Assembly: GCA_965227515.1 (NCBI GenBank)
Contig: CBDDFZ010000001.1
Location: 3,392,001 to 3,456,000 of the forward strand
DNA from: Alphaproteobacteria bacterium
Lineage (GTDB): Bacteria; Pseudomonadota; Alphaproteobacteria; CALKHQ01
DNA length: 64,000 nucleotides
Direction of reading: 5' to 3'
Shown here: positions 12,173-22,112 of the stretch, piece after piece
How the letters are laid out: each line of letters begins with the position of its first letter
How positions within the stretch are numbered: the first letter of the stretch is position 1
The notes under the pieces: model-generated
What the model was told of the DNA's origin: nothing
The model's input: only the letters and a program-made list of their open reading frames with translations
Databases searched by the model: none
Program-made: the position numbers and the translations under genes

Positions 12173-13216
12173 TCAGATCAGGAAGTGCTTCTGCATCCAC
12201 AGCATGCCTTCGGCATTGGCCTGGGTCACGACCGGGCCGTCGGTGATGACGTGCTTCGGAATGCCCTCGCCCGTGGACTCGCCGGTCAGCACAGCGGCGA
12301 CGCCGGCCATCAGCGCACCGCCATGAATGCGGCAGGACGGGTTGCGAACGGTCGCGTACATACGCCCGTCGAGCACGGCCTCGATCGCCGGCGGCATGGC
12401 ATCGACACCGCCGATCAGGATGTCGGTGCGGCCCGCACGCTCCATGGCATTGGCCGCGGCCAGCGCCATGTCGTCATTGTGGAAGAAAGCGGCGTCGATT
12501 TCCGGGTGCTTGGTCAGCAGCGAGTCCCAGATGCGCACGGCATTGGTGACGTCCCAGTCGGCCGGCTGCTCGTCCAGCACTTCGATGCCCGGGAACTTCT
12601 CGACCACCGAGTGGAAGCCGCGTGCGCGGCCCTGGGCGCCGGTGTGGCCCAACGCACCCTGGGTCATCACGATCTTGCCCTCGCCGCCGATGGCGTTGAC
12701 CAGGGCCTGGGTGACCGAGGCACCCATGAATTCGTTGTCGGGCGCCAGGAAGCTGTGAACGTCGATGTCCTCAAGCGGGGCGATCAGCGTGTCCATGTCC
12801 AGCACGGGGATGCCGCGCTCGATCATGCGGTTGACCGGGTCGGTCAGGGTGCCGATGCCGAAGGCCTGGATGGCCACGAAGTCCCAGTCCTGGGACGCCA
12901 TGTTGTCGATGGCCGCGCGCTGCTTGGTGGAGCTGAGCTCGCCGTCGAACCAGGTCACTTCCACGTTGAACAGGCTGCCCCAGTATTCCGCCGCCTGCTT
13001 GCCCTGGGCGCACCACGTCGCCTGCAGGCCGGCATTGGAGAACGCGGCGCGCAGCGGCGTCTCGGAGCGGCCCATCTCCTGCGCCATCGCCTGCGCCAAC
13101 CAGGGATTGAGACCAAGACCGGCCGCCGCCAGGCCGGCAGCGCCGGCTGCCGTCATCGCACCGCCCATGAATGTGCGCCGCGAATGGCCCTCTTTCTTGG
13201 TGTCGTCTTCAGACAT
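12173..13216 (-). CDS. Tat-exported sugar ABC binding protein
   Basis: SRRTFMGG twin-arginine signal; PBP type 1 motifs (HNDDMALAA, GGVDA); GGAGG RBS. Confidence 0.92.
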   Translation of the reverse strand: MSEDDTKKEGHSRRTFMGGAMTAAGAAGLAAAGLGLNPWLAQAMAQEMGRSETPLRAAFSNAGLQATWCAQGKQAAEYWGSLFNVEVTWFDGELSSTKQRAAIDNMASQDWDFVAIQAFGIGTLTDPVNRMIERGIPVLDMDTLIAPLEDIDVHSFLAPDNEFMGASVTQALVNAIGGEGKIVMTQGALGHTGAQGRARGFHSVVEKFPGIEVLDEQPADWDVTNAVRIWDSLLTKHPEIDAAFFHNDDMALAAANAMERAGRTDILIGGVDAMPPAIEAVLDGRMYATVRNPSCRIHGGALMAGVAAVLTGESTGEGIPKHVITDGPVVTQANAEGMLWMQKHFLI

Positions 13217-13258
13217 CGCGTTTCCTCCAGATTTCTTTAGTGCTTTGTTGGGGGCGGT

Positions 13259-13310
13259 AGTTAGGCATCCGCTCCGGCTAGGGTCAACGACTTACTGCAA
13301 TCGGTTTCAG
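13259..13310 (-). promoter_or_regulatory. Sigma70-type promoter with an adjacent LacI-family operator
   Basis: Minus strand TTGACC-N17-CTAACT (13287-13259). cTGCAATCGGTTTCAg at 13295-13310 fits TGnAAnCGnTTnCA. Confidence 0.6.
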
Positions 13311-13406
13311 GGTCTTGACGCCGCAGCGTTTTTTGTTGGGATTTCGGATGCCGAAAAAATAGGCATCCATTCCCGAACCCGAAGGTTGCGACCCACGCAT
13401 GCGGGA

Positions 13407-14609
13407 TCACACCCGCTCCAGCGCCATAGCGATTCCCTGACCAACGCCAATACACATTGTGCATAAGGCAGTTGCGGTCTGTTGTTCGTGTAATTGCTCA
13501 ACCGCGGTCAGCACCAGCCGCGCGCCGGACATGCCGAGCGGGTGGCCAAGCGCGATCGCCCCGCCATTCGGATTGACGTGCTCGGCGTCGTCAGGCAGGC
13601 CCAGATCGCGGGTTACCGCCAGCGCTTGGGCCGCGAACGCCTCGTTCAGCTCGATGACGTCGATGTCGCCGATGGTCTTGCCGAGCCGGGCGAGCAGCTT
13701 GCGGGAGGCCGGCGCCGGCCCGAAACCCATAATCCGCGGCGCCACACCGGCCGTCGCCATGCCTGTGATGCGCGCACGCGGCGTCAGGCCGTGCCTGGCC
13801 GCCGCCGATTCGCTGGCGACGATCAGCGCGGCCGCGCCGTCATTGACGCCGGATGCGTTACCGGCGGTCACCGTGCCGCCGTCGCGAAACGGCGTGGCCA
13901 GCGCCGCCAGCTTTTCCAACGTGGTCTCGCGGGGATGCTCGTCCGTGTCCACCACAACGGGATCGCCCCGCCGTTGCGGGATGGTGACCGGCACGATCTC
14001 GCGCGCGAGCCTGCCGGACGCCTGCGCCCTGGCCGCGCGCTGCTGGCTTCTCAGCGCGAAGCCATCCTGGTCGACACGCGCGATACCGAAGTCCTCGGCC
14101 ACGTTCTCCGCCGTATCCGGCATCGAGTCGACGCCGTACTGCGCCTTCATCTGCCGGTTGACGAAGCGCCAGCCGATGGTGGTGTCGTAGACCTCGGCAT
14201 TGCGCGAGAACGCCGTCTCGGCCTTGCCCATCACGAACGGGGCGCGGCTCATGCTCTCAACCCCGCCTGCGATGATGAGGTCGGCCTCGCCTGCCTTGAT
14301 CGCACGCGCCGCGGTGCCGACCGCATCCATGCCGGAGCCGCACAGGCGGTTGATGGTCGCCCCCGGCACCTCGGTCGGCAGGCCGGCCAGCAGCGACGCC
14401 ATCCGTGCCACATTGCGGTTGTCCTCGCCCGCCTGGTTGGCGCAGCCGGCCAGCGCGTCGTCGATGGCGGCGGCATCCAGCGATGGATTGCGCTCGACCA
14501 CGGCGCGGATGACATGTGCCAGCAGGTCATCGGGCCTGACGGCGGACAATGCGCCGCCATAGCGGCCAATGGGGGTGCGTACCGCGTCGCACACGAAGGC
14601 TTCGGTCAT
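13407..14609 (-). CDS. pcaF: 3-oxoadipyl-CoA thiolase
   Basis: [44 protein letters not shown]. Confidence 0.9.
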   Translation of the reverse strand: MTEAFVCDAVRTPIGRYGGALSAVRPDDLLAHVIRAVVERNPSLDAAAIDDALAGCANQAGEDNRNVARMASLLAGLPTEVPGATINRLCGSGMDAVGTAARAIKAGEADLIIAGGVESMSRAPFVMGKAETAFSRNAEVYDTTIGWRFVNRQMKAQYGVDSMPDTAENVAEDFGIARVDQDGFALRSQQRAARAQASGRLAREIVPVTIPQRRGDPVVVDTDEHPRETTLEKLAALATPFRDGGTVTAGNASGVNDGAAALIVASESAAARHGLTPRARITGMATAGVAPRIMGFGPAPASRKLLARLGKTIGDIDVIELNEAFAAQALAVTRDLGLPDDAEHVNPNGGAIALGHPLGMSGARLVLTAVEQLHEQQTATALCTMCIGVGQGIAMALERV

Positions 14610-14743
14610 TTGCTCTCCGGGGATGATGTGGCGGCCGCCACATTATCGGATATCGCCGGCTCTAAATATCGTCGCGTCGCTTTGTTTCGCCGACAAGCAC
14701 GCGAGCTTGGCCTAACATGGCGCCAAAATGGGGGAGGAAAGCC

Positions 14744-15508
14744 ATGCGGCTGAAGGACAAGGTCGCTGTCGTGACCGGCGCGGGTAACGGCATCGGGCGC
14801 GCCATCGCGGAGGTTTTCGCCGCCGAGGGTGCAGCCGTCGTCGTCGCCGATCTGGAGGCCGACAGCGCCCAGGCGGCGGCCGGCGGTATCGTGGCGAAGG
14901 GCGGCGATGCGCTCGCCGTCCAGATGGACACTTCCGACGAGGACGCCGTGGCCGCGTGCGTGACGGCGGCGCTCGACCGCTTCGGGCGCATCGACATCCT
15001 GGTCAACAACGCCGCCGCCTTCGTGCTCGGCAATGTCGAGCAGGTCAGCCGGGCCGATTGGGAGAAGGTGTTCGCGGTCAACGTCATCGGCTACGCCAAC
15101 ATGGTGCGCGCCTGCCTGCCCGCCCTGCGCGCGGCCGGCAACGGGGCGGTGGTGAACATCGCCTCGGTCTCCGGCTTCGTCGCCCAGCCCGACTTCGTGC
15201 CCTACAACGCCTCCAAGGGCGCGGTGCTGCAACTCAACCGCTGCCTGGCCATGGATCTGGCCAAGGACAACATCCGGGTCAACGCGGTCTGCCCCGGCGC
15301 CATTCGCACCCGCGCCACCGACATCCACATCGCCAACCTGGGCACCGACCCGGAGGAGACCTATGCCGAGTTCGGCGCGGCGGCTATGATGAACCGAATG
15401 GGCCGGCCGGAGGAGATCGCCACCGTGGCACTGTTCCTCGCGTCCGAGGATGCCTCATTCATGACCGGCGCACATGTCGTCGTCGACGGTGGCGCGACAC
15501 TGGATTGA
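14744..15508 (+). CDS. Short-chain dehydrogenase/reductase
   Basis: TGAGNGIG, NNA, YNASK, VNAVCPG; GGAGG RBS. Confidence 0.92.
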   Translation: MRLKDKVAVVTGAGNGIGRAIAEVFAAEGAAVVVADLEADSAQAAAGGIVAKGGDALAVQMDTSDEDAVAACVTAALDRFGRIDILVNNAAAFVLGNVEQVSRADWEKVFAVNVIGYANMVRACLPALRAAGNGAVVNIASVSGFVAQPDFVPYNASKGAVLQLNRCLAMDLAKDNIRVNAVCPGAIRTRATDIHIANLGTDPEETYAEFGAAAMMNRMGRPEEIATVALFLASEDASFMTGAHVVVDGGATLD

Positions 15509-15524
15509 GCGGACATCGACACCC

Positions 15525-17216
15525 ATGCACGACCTCCTGATCAAGAACGCGACCATCATCGACGGCACCGGCGCGTCCGGCCGCCCCGGCGACCTGGCGG
15601 TCGACGGCGGCACCATCACCGGCGTCGGCCCCGAGATCCCCGGTCCGGCGACGACCATGATCGACGCCGACGGGCTGGCGCTCGCGCCCGGCATCATCGA
15701 CGGGCACACCCACTACGACGCGCAGATCACGTGGGACGGGTTTGCCCGCCCCTCCCCTGCGCTCGGCGTCACCACGGCGGTGATCGGCAATTGCGGCTTC
15801 GCCATCGCGCCCTGCCGCGCCGCCGACCGCGACCTGACCATGCGCAATCTCACGCACGTCGAGGGCATGTCGCTGGATGCGCTGTCAGCCGGCATAAACT
15901 GGGACTTCGAGACCTTCCCCGAGTACATGGACATGCTGGAGCGGCGCGGCGTCGGCGTGAACATCGCGGCCTACTTCGGGCACTCGTCGGTGCGCACCTA
16001 TGTGCTGGGCGCCGATGCCTCGTCACGTGCGGCCAACGACGACGAGATCGCGCAGATGGCGCGCCTGGTGCGCGAGGCGATGGATGCCGGTGCGCTCGGT
16101 TTCGCGTCGTCCACCAACGAGCCGCACAATGGCGAGAACGGAATTCCCATGCCCTCGCGGCTGGCCGAGTGGAAGGAGTTCGAGGCGCTGTTGTCGGCGA
16201 TGCGGTCCAGCGGCCGTGGGCTGTTCATGCTGACCAAGGGCGGGGGCACGTCGGTTGCCGAGCTGGAAGCACTGGCCGAGAAGACCGGCGCGCCGACACT
16301 GATCGCGGCGATGTTCCATTCCTCGCGCGCGCCGGACGGTGTGTTCAACCAGATCGCGGAGATGAAGGCGGCGCGCGAGCGCGGCCACCCGCTCTACCCG
16401 CAGACCGCATGCTGCCCGCTGGAAATGGAGTTCACGCTCGCCAGCCCCTATCTGTTCGAAGGCTTGCAGGCGTGGCGCCCAGCGATGACCGCTCATGATG
16501 CCGGCGAACTGCGCGCGGTCTATGCCGACCCGGGTTTCCGCGCCGCCGTGAAGGCGGAGATCGCGAATACTCGCGGCGGGCTGTTCAACGGCGAATGGGA
16601 CAAGGTCAACCTGGTCGGCGCCGCCACCCCGGCCAACACCGACAAGGAAGGCGCGCGGCTGAGCGCGTTGTCGGAGAGCGCCGGCACCGATCCCCTTGAC
16701 CTGATGCTCGACATCGGATTGCAGGAGGATCTGGGCACGGTCTATACCGCCCAGCTTCTCCACACTGACGAGAGCGCGGTCACCAGGCTTCTGCAAACGC
16801 CGGAAGCGCACATTTCGCTGTCGGACGCGGGCGCGCACCTGACCTTCCTGTGCGACGCCGGTTTCGGGCTCCACCTGATGGGCTATTGGTCGCGCGAGCG
16901 CGGGGTGATGAGCCTGGAACAGGCGGTCCATCGGCTGACCGGGCAGCCCGCCGCCATCTTCGGCATGCCGAACCGGGGCACGCTGGCGCCGGGCCGGGCG
17001 GCGGACCTGTTGCTGTTCGACCCGAAGACGGTCGGGCGCGGCCAGCGCTATCGGGTCCATGACCTGCCAGCCGGCGAGAGCCGCCTGCACACCGACCCCC
17101 ACGGCGTGCACGGTGTGTGGGTCAACGGCAAGCGCATCGTCGACGAGGCCGGCATGATCGAGGCGGCACCTCTGGCCGGCGAAGTCATGCGCGAATTTGC
17201 GGACTTCGCGGGCTAG
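15525..17216 (+). CDS. N-acyl-D-amino-acid deacylase family amidohydrolase
   Basis: IDGHTHYD, GNCG, SDAGAH, ADLLLFDP. Confidence 0.88.
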   Translation: MHDLLIKNATIIDGTGASGRPGDLAVDGGTITGVGPEIPGPATTMIDADGLALAPGIIDGHTHYDAQITWDGFARPSPALGVTTAVIGNCGFAIAPCRAADRDLTMRNLTHVEGMSLDALSAGINWDFETFPEYMDMLERRGVGVNIAAYFGHSSVRTYVLGADASSRAANDDEIAQMARLVREAMDAGALGFASSTNEPHNGENGIPMPSRLAEWKEFEALLSAMRSSGRGLFMLTKGGGTSVAELEALAEKTGAPTLIAAMFHSSRAPDGVFNQIAEMKAARERGHPLYPQTACCPLEMEFTLASPYLFEGLQAWRPAMTAHDAGELRAVYADPGFRAAVKAEIANTRGGLFNGEWDKVNLVGAATPANTDKEGARLSALSESAGTDPLDLMLDIGLQEDLGTVYTAQLLHTDESAVTRLLQTPEAHISLSDAGAHLTFLCDAGFGLHLMGYWSRERGVMSLEQAVHRLTGQPAAIFGMPNRGTLAPGRAADLLLFDPKTVGRGQRYRVHDLPAGESRLHTDPHGVHGVWVNGKRIVDEAGMIEAAPLAGEVMREFADFAG

Positions 17217-17341
17217 AGCATGATCATTTAAGTCGGCACCGGCCCTCTCCCCCACCCGGCCGCCCAACGACAGTATCCTGCTGGGTGGCCGGGTGGGGGA
17301 GAGGGCTGGCGCAGATTCAGCGTAAGCTGATCCCGATCTAG
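17213..17341 (+). mobile_element. MITE-like element, copy 1
   Basis: Imperfect terminal inverted repeats CTAGAGCATGATCA / TGATCCCGATCTAG and a long internal hairpin CCCTCTCCCCCACCCGGCC...GGCCGGGTGGGGGAGAGGG. Near-identical copies at 17775 and 56631. Confidence 0.8.
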
Positions 17342-17730
17342 TCCTCCGTACGCCCGGTGGCGTCGCGATCGCGCTCATAGCTTCGCTTGAGCGGAAACGT
17401 CGGAAGCCACGATTCCCGGCGAACGGTCCACAACTCATAGGTCGGCATCAATTGGTCGGGCGCATCAAGGGTGCCAAGGTGGACCTCGATCTCGTCGCCG
17501 TTTTGCGCGAAGACCGATGACCCGCACGTGGGGCAGAAATGCCTTCCCTTGTAGTCGCGTGTCTCTCCCTCGATGGTCACGGTCTCCTGAGGAAACATCG
17601 CCGCCGCGAAGAACAGCGCGCCATGGTGCTTGCGGCAGTCCAGGCAATGGCAGAGGCCCACCCGATGGGGCGCCCCCGTCGCCACGATGCGGACGCTGCC
17701 GCACAGGCAGCCGCCAGTCACCCGGTCCAT
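17338..17730 (-). CDS. GFA (glutathione-dependent formaldehyde-activating / CENP-V) family protein
   Basis: GGCLCG, CHCLDCRK, RHFCPTCGS. Confidence 0.9.
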   Translation of the reverse strand: MDRVTGGCLCGSVRIVATGAPHRVGLCHCLDCRKHHGALFFAAAMFPQETVTIEGETRDYKGRHFCPTCGSSVFAQNGDEIEVHLGTLDAPDQLMPTYELWTVRRESWLPTFPLKRSYERDRDATGRTED

Positions 17731-17774
17731 GTCTTGTCTCCCAGGGACACCGCAGGCCCGGCGCAGCTAACGAC

Positions 17775-17902
17775 CTAGAGCATGATCACTTAAGTCGGCA
17801 CCGGCCCTCTCCCCCACCCGGCCACCCACGAGAGTATCCTGCTGGGTGGCCGGGTGGGGGAGAGGGCTGGCGCCGATTCAGCGTAAGCTGATCCCGGTCT
17901 AA
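17775..17902 (+). mobile_element. MITE-like element, copy 2
   Basis: Same sequence as 17213-17341 with a few substitutions; right end is CTAA. Confidence 0.8.
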
Positions 17903-17907
17903 TACCT

Positions 17908-18843
17908 TCACTTCACCGCGCCGGTCGACAGACCCTTGATGATGTAGCGTTCCAGGATGATGCCGATTATCGCCAGCGGCAGGATCGCCGTGGTCGAGAT
18001 CGCCGCCATCGTCCACCAGTCGATGCCCTGGCTGCCGGTTTGGCTGGCCACCATCACCGGCAATGTCTTGGCGTCGGTGCTGGTCAGCAGGGCGGCGAAG
18101 AAATACTCGTTCCAGGTCAGCACCATCGACAGGATGAAGGCCGCCACCATGCCGGGCAGCGAGATCGGCACCACGATACGGAAGAACGCGCCCCAGGCGG
18201 ACAGCCCATCGACCAGGGCAGCCTCCTCCAGCTCGGCGGGCAGCGAGCGGAACTGGTCGCGCATGATCCAGACCACGATCGGCAGCACCGACAGCGCATA
18301 GAGCAGGATCAGCCCGATCCGGCTGTCGAGCATGGCCAGTTCCTTGTAGAGGACCAGGAACGGCATCGCGAGCACCACCGGCGGCAGGATCAACTGCGAC
18401 AGCAGGAAGAACGAGACGTCTCGGTTGAGGAACGGGCCCCATTTGTAGCGGAAGCGGCACAGCCCATAGGCGGCCAGCGACCCGATGACGATGGCGAGCA
18501 GCGACGCCGACACCGAGGTAATGACGCTGTTGAAGAACCGGGCCAGGAACTCGTCGCGCACCGTCGAGGTCTCGAAGATCGTGTCGGGCGACAGGCCGAG
18601 CCGGCGCCAGCCCAGCCAGTCCGGGTCAAAATCGAGCCACGGGATCAAGTTGCCGCGCTGCACGTCGCGAGCTGTTTTGAACGAGGTCGTCAGCGTCCAG
18701 TAGATCGGGAACAGGCAGACCAGTGTCCACAGCAGCAGCGCGCCATAGATGGCGGTGCGCGAGAACCAGCGCACGAACCGGGTCGGGTCGTAGACCCGCT
18801 CCTCGTTCGTCGTGCGGGCGCCGTTTGCGGTGCCGGCGGTCAT
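17908..18843 (-). CDS. Carbohydrate ABC permease (MalG-like)
   Basis: EAA loop ELEEAALVDG, TWNEYFFA. Confidence 0.92.
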   Translation of the reverse strand: MTAGTANGARTTNEERVYDPTRFVRWFSRTAIYGALLLWTLVCLFPIYWTLTTSFKTARDVQRGNLIPWLDFDPDWLGWRRLGLSPDTIFETSTVRDEFLARFFNSVITSVSASLLAIVIGSLAAYGLCRFRYKWGPFLNRDVSFFLLSQLILPPVVLAMPFLVLYKELAMLDSRIGLILLYALSVLPIVVWIMRDQFRSLPAELEEAALVDGLSAWGAFFRIVVPISLPGMVAAFILSMVLTWNEYFFAALLTSTDAKTLPVMVASQTGSQGIDWWTMAAISTTAILPLAIIGIILERYIIKGLSTGAVK

Positions 18844-19973
18844 TGCGAGTACCGCCGGACCCAGCGGGTCGACGTCACCAGGATGAACGCCAGGAACAGG
18901 ATGATCAGGATCAGGTAGAACTCGGCCAGCATGGTGCCGTAGCCGACGTTGGAGCGGTCCCGATACTCACGGAAGATGAAGCTGGTCACGCTGTCGGTGG
19001 CGCCGCCCGGGCCGCCCGACGTGACGTTGATGATGATGTCGGCCAGCTTCAGCTTGAAGATGATGCGCAGGATGATGGTGGTCACGCTGACCGCCAGCAT
19101 CAGCGGGAACGTGATCCTCCAGAACGCCTGCCATTTGGTGGCGCCATCGACCTTCGCCGCCTCCACCACGTCGCGCGGCATCGCCTGCAGGCCGGCCAGA
19201 AGCAGGATCATCATGAACGGGATGTACATCCACCCGTCCATCACCATGATCGAGATCCGCGCGATCACCGGATCGGTGAAGAAGGCCGGCGTGTCCCAGC
19301 CCAGGAACCGGGCCAGGTTGGCGATGGGGCCGAACCGCACCTCCATCATCGACTTGCCGACGATCCAGCTGATCGCCACCGGGCTCAGCATGAACGGCAG
19401 CAGGAACGCGACGCGGAAGAAACGGCGGCCCTTGATCTCCGCGTTCAACAGCAGCGCCAGCCCGAACGCGATCATGTATTCGACCAGGATCGCCAGCACG
19501 TACCAGACCATGTTGGTCAGCGCGTTCCAGTAGTACGGGTCCTGCAGCAGCTTGTAAAAGTTCTCCAGGCCGTTGAACTGCCGGCCCTCGAACGAGCTGA
19601 GGTTCCAGTCGGTGAACGCGATGTAGAGCCCGAAGAAGGTCGGGAAGATCACCATGGCGATGGTGAACAGCACCGCAGGCAGGATGAACAGCGCGCGCGA
19701 GCCCGGCTCGCCGCGGATCAGCACCTGGGCGGCCCCCAACGCCACCGACCAGACGATGAAGGCGTAAAGCAGCGGCCGCCAGTTCTCGAACCCGAGCAGC
19801 GGTTCCTCACCCTCGTCCAGGCTGGCGTCATAGGCCAGGACAGCCAGCACCGCGACCAGCAGCACGCTGGCGAAGATCAGCAGCCAGCGCCCGAGCCGGC
19901 GCCGGCCTTCCGATATGTCGCCATACACCGCGCCTGGCGATTGGCCGCCGCTGGCAATCGTTGTCTCAGCCAT
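18840..19973 (-). CDS. Carbohydrate ABC permease (MalF-like)
   Basis: GLENF, EAAKVDGAT, TSGGPG. Confidence 0.92.
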   Translation of the reverse strand: MAETTIASGGQSPGAVYGDISEGRRRLGRWLLIFASVLLVAVLAVLAYDASLDEGEEPLLGFENWRPLLYAFIVWSVALGAAQVLIRGEPGSRALFILPAVLFTIAMVIFPTFFGLYIAFTDWNLSSFEGRQFNGLENFYKLLQDPYYWNALTNMVWYVLAILVEYMIAFGLALLLNAEIKGRRFFRVAFLLPFMLSPVAISWIVGKSMMEVRFGPIANLARFLGWDTPAFFTDPVIARISIMVMDGWMYIPFMMILLLAGLQAMPRDVVEAAKVDGATKWQAFWRITFPLMLAVSVTTIILRIIFKLKLADIIINVTSGGPGGATDSVTSFIFREYRDRSNVGYGTMLAEFYLILIILFLAFILVTSTRWVRRYSQ

Positions 19974-20011
19974 TGGTTTGGCCTCGATTCCGGCTGACTA
20001 ACAACCCAATG

Positions 20012-20098
20012 CGTCATCCTCGGCCTTGAGCCGAGGATCCACGACTTTCAGCAGTCGCCGCCAAGACGTGGATGCCCGCAACAAGTGCGGGCATGACG
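20012..20098. repeat. CGTC-tagged palindromic dimer
   Basis: CGTCATCCTCGGCCTTGAGCCGAGGATCCACG...CGTGGATGCCCGCAACAAGTGCGGGCATGACG. Right half is identical to that of the 24893 copy. Confidence 0.85.
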
Positions 20099-20232
20099 AA
20101 TGAGTTCTAGAGCCAAACGAGGCCACGCGGGCATCTCCCTGAATACCGGATATGTCGCGCACGATCCCCGAACCTTCCAAGAGGGCCTGTCCGGAGATCG
20201 TGCGAATGGGCTTCGCCCGAACTTAGCCGCCG

Positions 20233-21897
20233 CTACAGGCCCAGCGAGGCCCTGTAGAGCTCGACCTGACGCTCGCGCCCGATCTGGTCGGTCAGTTCCT
20301 CCCAGGCGGCGGCGATGTTGTCGGCGCCGGTCTGCGCGTCCATCTGGCCCGCGAAGATCTTGGCCAACTCGTCCTCGGCCACGCTGTAGTACTGGAAGAT
20401 GCCCGGGATGCGCGGCTCGATGGCGGCATTCGGGTGGTTGTAGCTGTCCGCCTCGGACGCCAGGTAGTCGGAGATGAACGCCTCCTCGTAGCCGGCCTCG
20501 GTCCACTCCTCGATGTTGAAGTGGCTGTTCCGGTAGGGCTGGAAGCCCGACGGATAGGCCGCGCACCACAGCGAGATGTCCTTGCCGCCGAGATGGGCTG
20601 CCGCACTCCAGGCCGCCTTCTGCTTCGTGCTGTCGGCGTCGACGCGCGCCATCACGTACACGCCCCAGCCGATATAGGCCATGTTGGGCGCGAAGTTCGG
20701 GCCGCTGGCCAACGTGTCCCACTGTCCGGTCGAGGAATTGTAGACATCGTCGGAGCCGGGCAGCGTGGAGAAGCCGATCACGTCGCCGATCAGCGAGCTG
20801 TCGCTGGTCTGCGCGTTCGAGCCGATGTCGCCCCACCACGACAGCATGGAGCCGGTGCCGGCCAGGAACTGCTGGAAGCCGGTCGTGCCCGGGTCGGCGT
20901 TGATCTGGTCCGCCGGCTGCGCGTCGATGACGTCCAGCACATCCTGGATAGCCCGCACCCAGGCGGGGTTGTTGATGCGCGGCGTCATGTCCAGGTCGAA
21001 CAGGAACGCCGGGTCGTCGGGGTGCTTGGCATAGGCGGTGGCGCGGCTGCCCAGGAAGTAGAAGCCGAAGCCGCCCCAGCCCTTCAACGGGTCGAGATAG
21101 CCATAGGCCTCCAGACCGAACGGATCGGTCTTGCCCTTCAGGAACGCGGTGACTTCCTGCACCTTCTGCCAGGTGGTCGGCACTTCCCACGGGCCCTCGT
21201 GACCCTCGGCCTCCCAGGCCTCGGCCAGTTCATCATTGTCGAAATAGTCGGTGCGATAGTTGAAGTTGTGGCAGTCGCCGTCGACCGAGATGCGGTAGGT
21301 CTTGCCGTCCCAGGTACCGACCGGCGCCTGCAGGTAGCCGACATAGTCCTCCATGTCGATCAGCGGCGGCACCCAGTCCGGCATCTCGGACGCCAGGCCC
21401 TTACCGCAGACGTCGCCCTCGAACGGCGCACCCATTTCCAGGATGTCGAAGTCCACCGTCTCGGTCGCGATCGACTGCTGCAGGCGCGGGTTGTAGTCGG
21501 CCTGCGCCAGGTCGATCCAGGTGATCGAGGCGCCGGTGTACTCCTCCCAGGGCTTCAGGAAGCCACGGAACAGCAGATTGTGCAGGTTCTGGTTGTTCAG
21601 GCCCATGAAGGTCAGCTCAACGCCGTTGAACTCGCCTTCCTGAACCGTCTCCTTGGTCGGGCCGAGGCAGAGCGCACCGACCTGCTGCCAGTCCGCATCG
21701 GTGGGCGACCCCATGCCGACGCCCGGGATCTTCAGAATCTCGGCACGCAGATCGGACTGCGCGAACGACGGCTTGGCGAGCGTGCCAAGGGTGCCACCGG
21801 CGGCCGCCGCGGCAACGCCGGCGCTGGCCGCGCCCTTCAGAACGCCACGGCGGCTTGCCTGGCGCTGCGTGAGCCAATTGTGGTGATGAACTTTCAC
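20233..21897 (-). CDS. Tat-exported carbohydrate ABC binding protein (CUT1)
   Basis: SRRGVLKG signal, NYRTD motif, upstream of two CUT1 permeases. Confidence 0.88.
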   Translation of the reverse strand: MKVHHHNWLTQRQASRRGVLKGAASAGVAAAAAGGTLGTLAKPSFAQSDLRAEILKIPGVGMGSPTDADWQQVGALCLGPTKETVQEGEFNGVELTFMGLNNQNLHNLLFRGFLKPWEEYTGASITWIDLAQADYNPRLQQSIATETVDFDILEMGAPFEGDVCGKGLASEMPDWVPPLIDMEDYVGYLQAPVGTWDGKTYRISVDGDCHNFNYRTDYFDNDELAEAWEAEGHEGPWEVPTTWQKVQEVTAFLKGKTDPFGLEAYGYLDPLKGWGGFGFYFLGSRATAYAKHPDDPAFLFDLDMTPRINNPAWVRAIQDVLDVIDAQPADQINADPGTTGFQQFLAGTGSMLSWWGDIGSNAQTSDSSLIGDVIGFSTLPGSDDVYNSSTGQWDTLASGPNFAPNMAYIGWGVYVMARVDADSTKQKAAWSAAAHLGGKDISLWCAAYPSGFQPYRNSHFNIEEWTEAGYEEAFISDYLASEADSYNHPNAAIEPRIPGIFQYYSVAEDELAKIFAGQMDAQTGADNIAAAWEELTDQIGRERQVELYRASLGL

Positions 21898-21952
21898 GGA
21901 TTTTCCTCCCCTTGGCGGCGCTGAACGGTGCGCGCGCGTCGTCCGATGCCGC

Positions 21953-21980
21953 AGTATGTATGAGCGCTTGGGTGTGTCAA
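21953..21980 (-). promoter_or_regulatory. Putative sigma70 promoter of the CUT1 operon
   Basis: Minus strand TTGACA-N16-CATACT, about 55 nt before the start codon. Confidence 0.55.
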
Positions 21981-22015
21981 CGGTGGGGCGGTGTGTGGGT
22001 CACCCTTCCCCCTTT

Positions 22016-22103
22016 GTCATCCTTGGCCGAAGCGAAGCACAATCCACGGCGACGCCACCGGCATTGCTAAGAACCCGGGTTTCGCTGTGCTCCACCCGGC
22101 TAC
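22016..22103. repeat. Degenerate CGTC-type half repeat plus a GTAG-type REP
   Basis: GTCATCCTTGGCCGAAGCGAAGCACAATCCA, and on the minus strand GTAGCCGGGTGGAGCACAGCGAAACCCGGG (22103-22074). Confidence 0.6.
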
Positions 22104-22112
22104 ATCTCTGCG

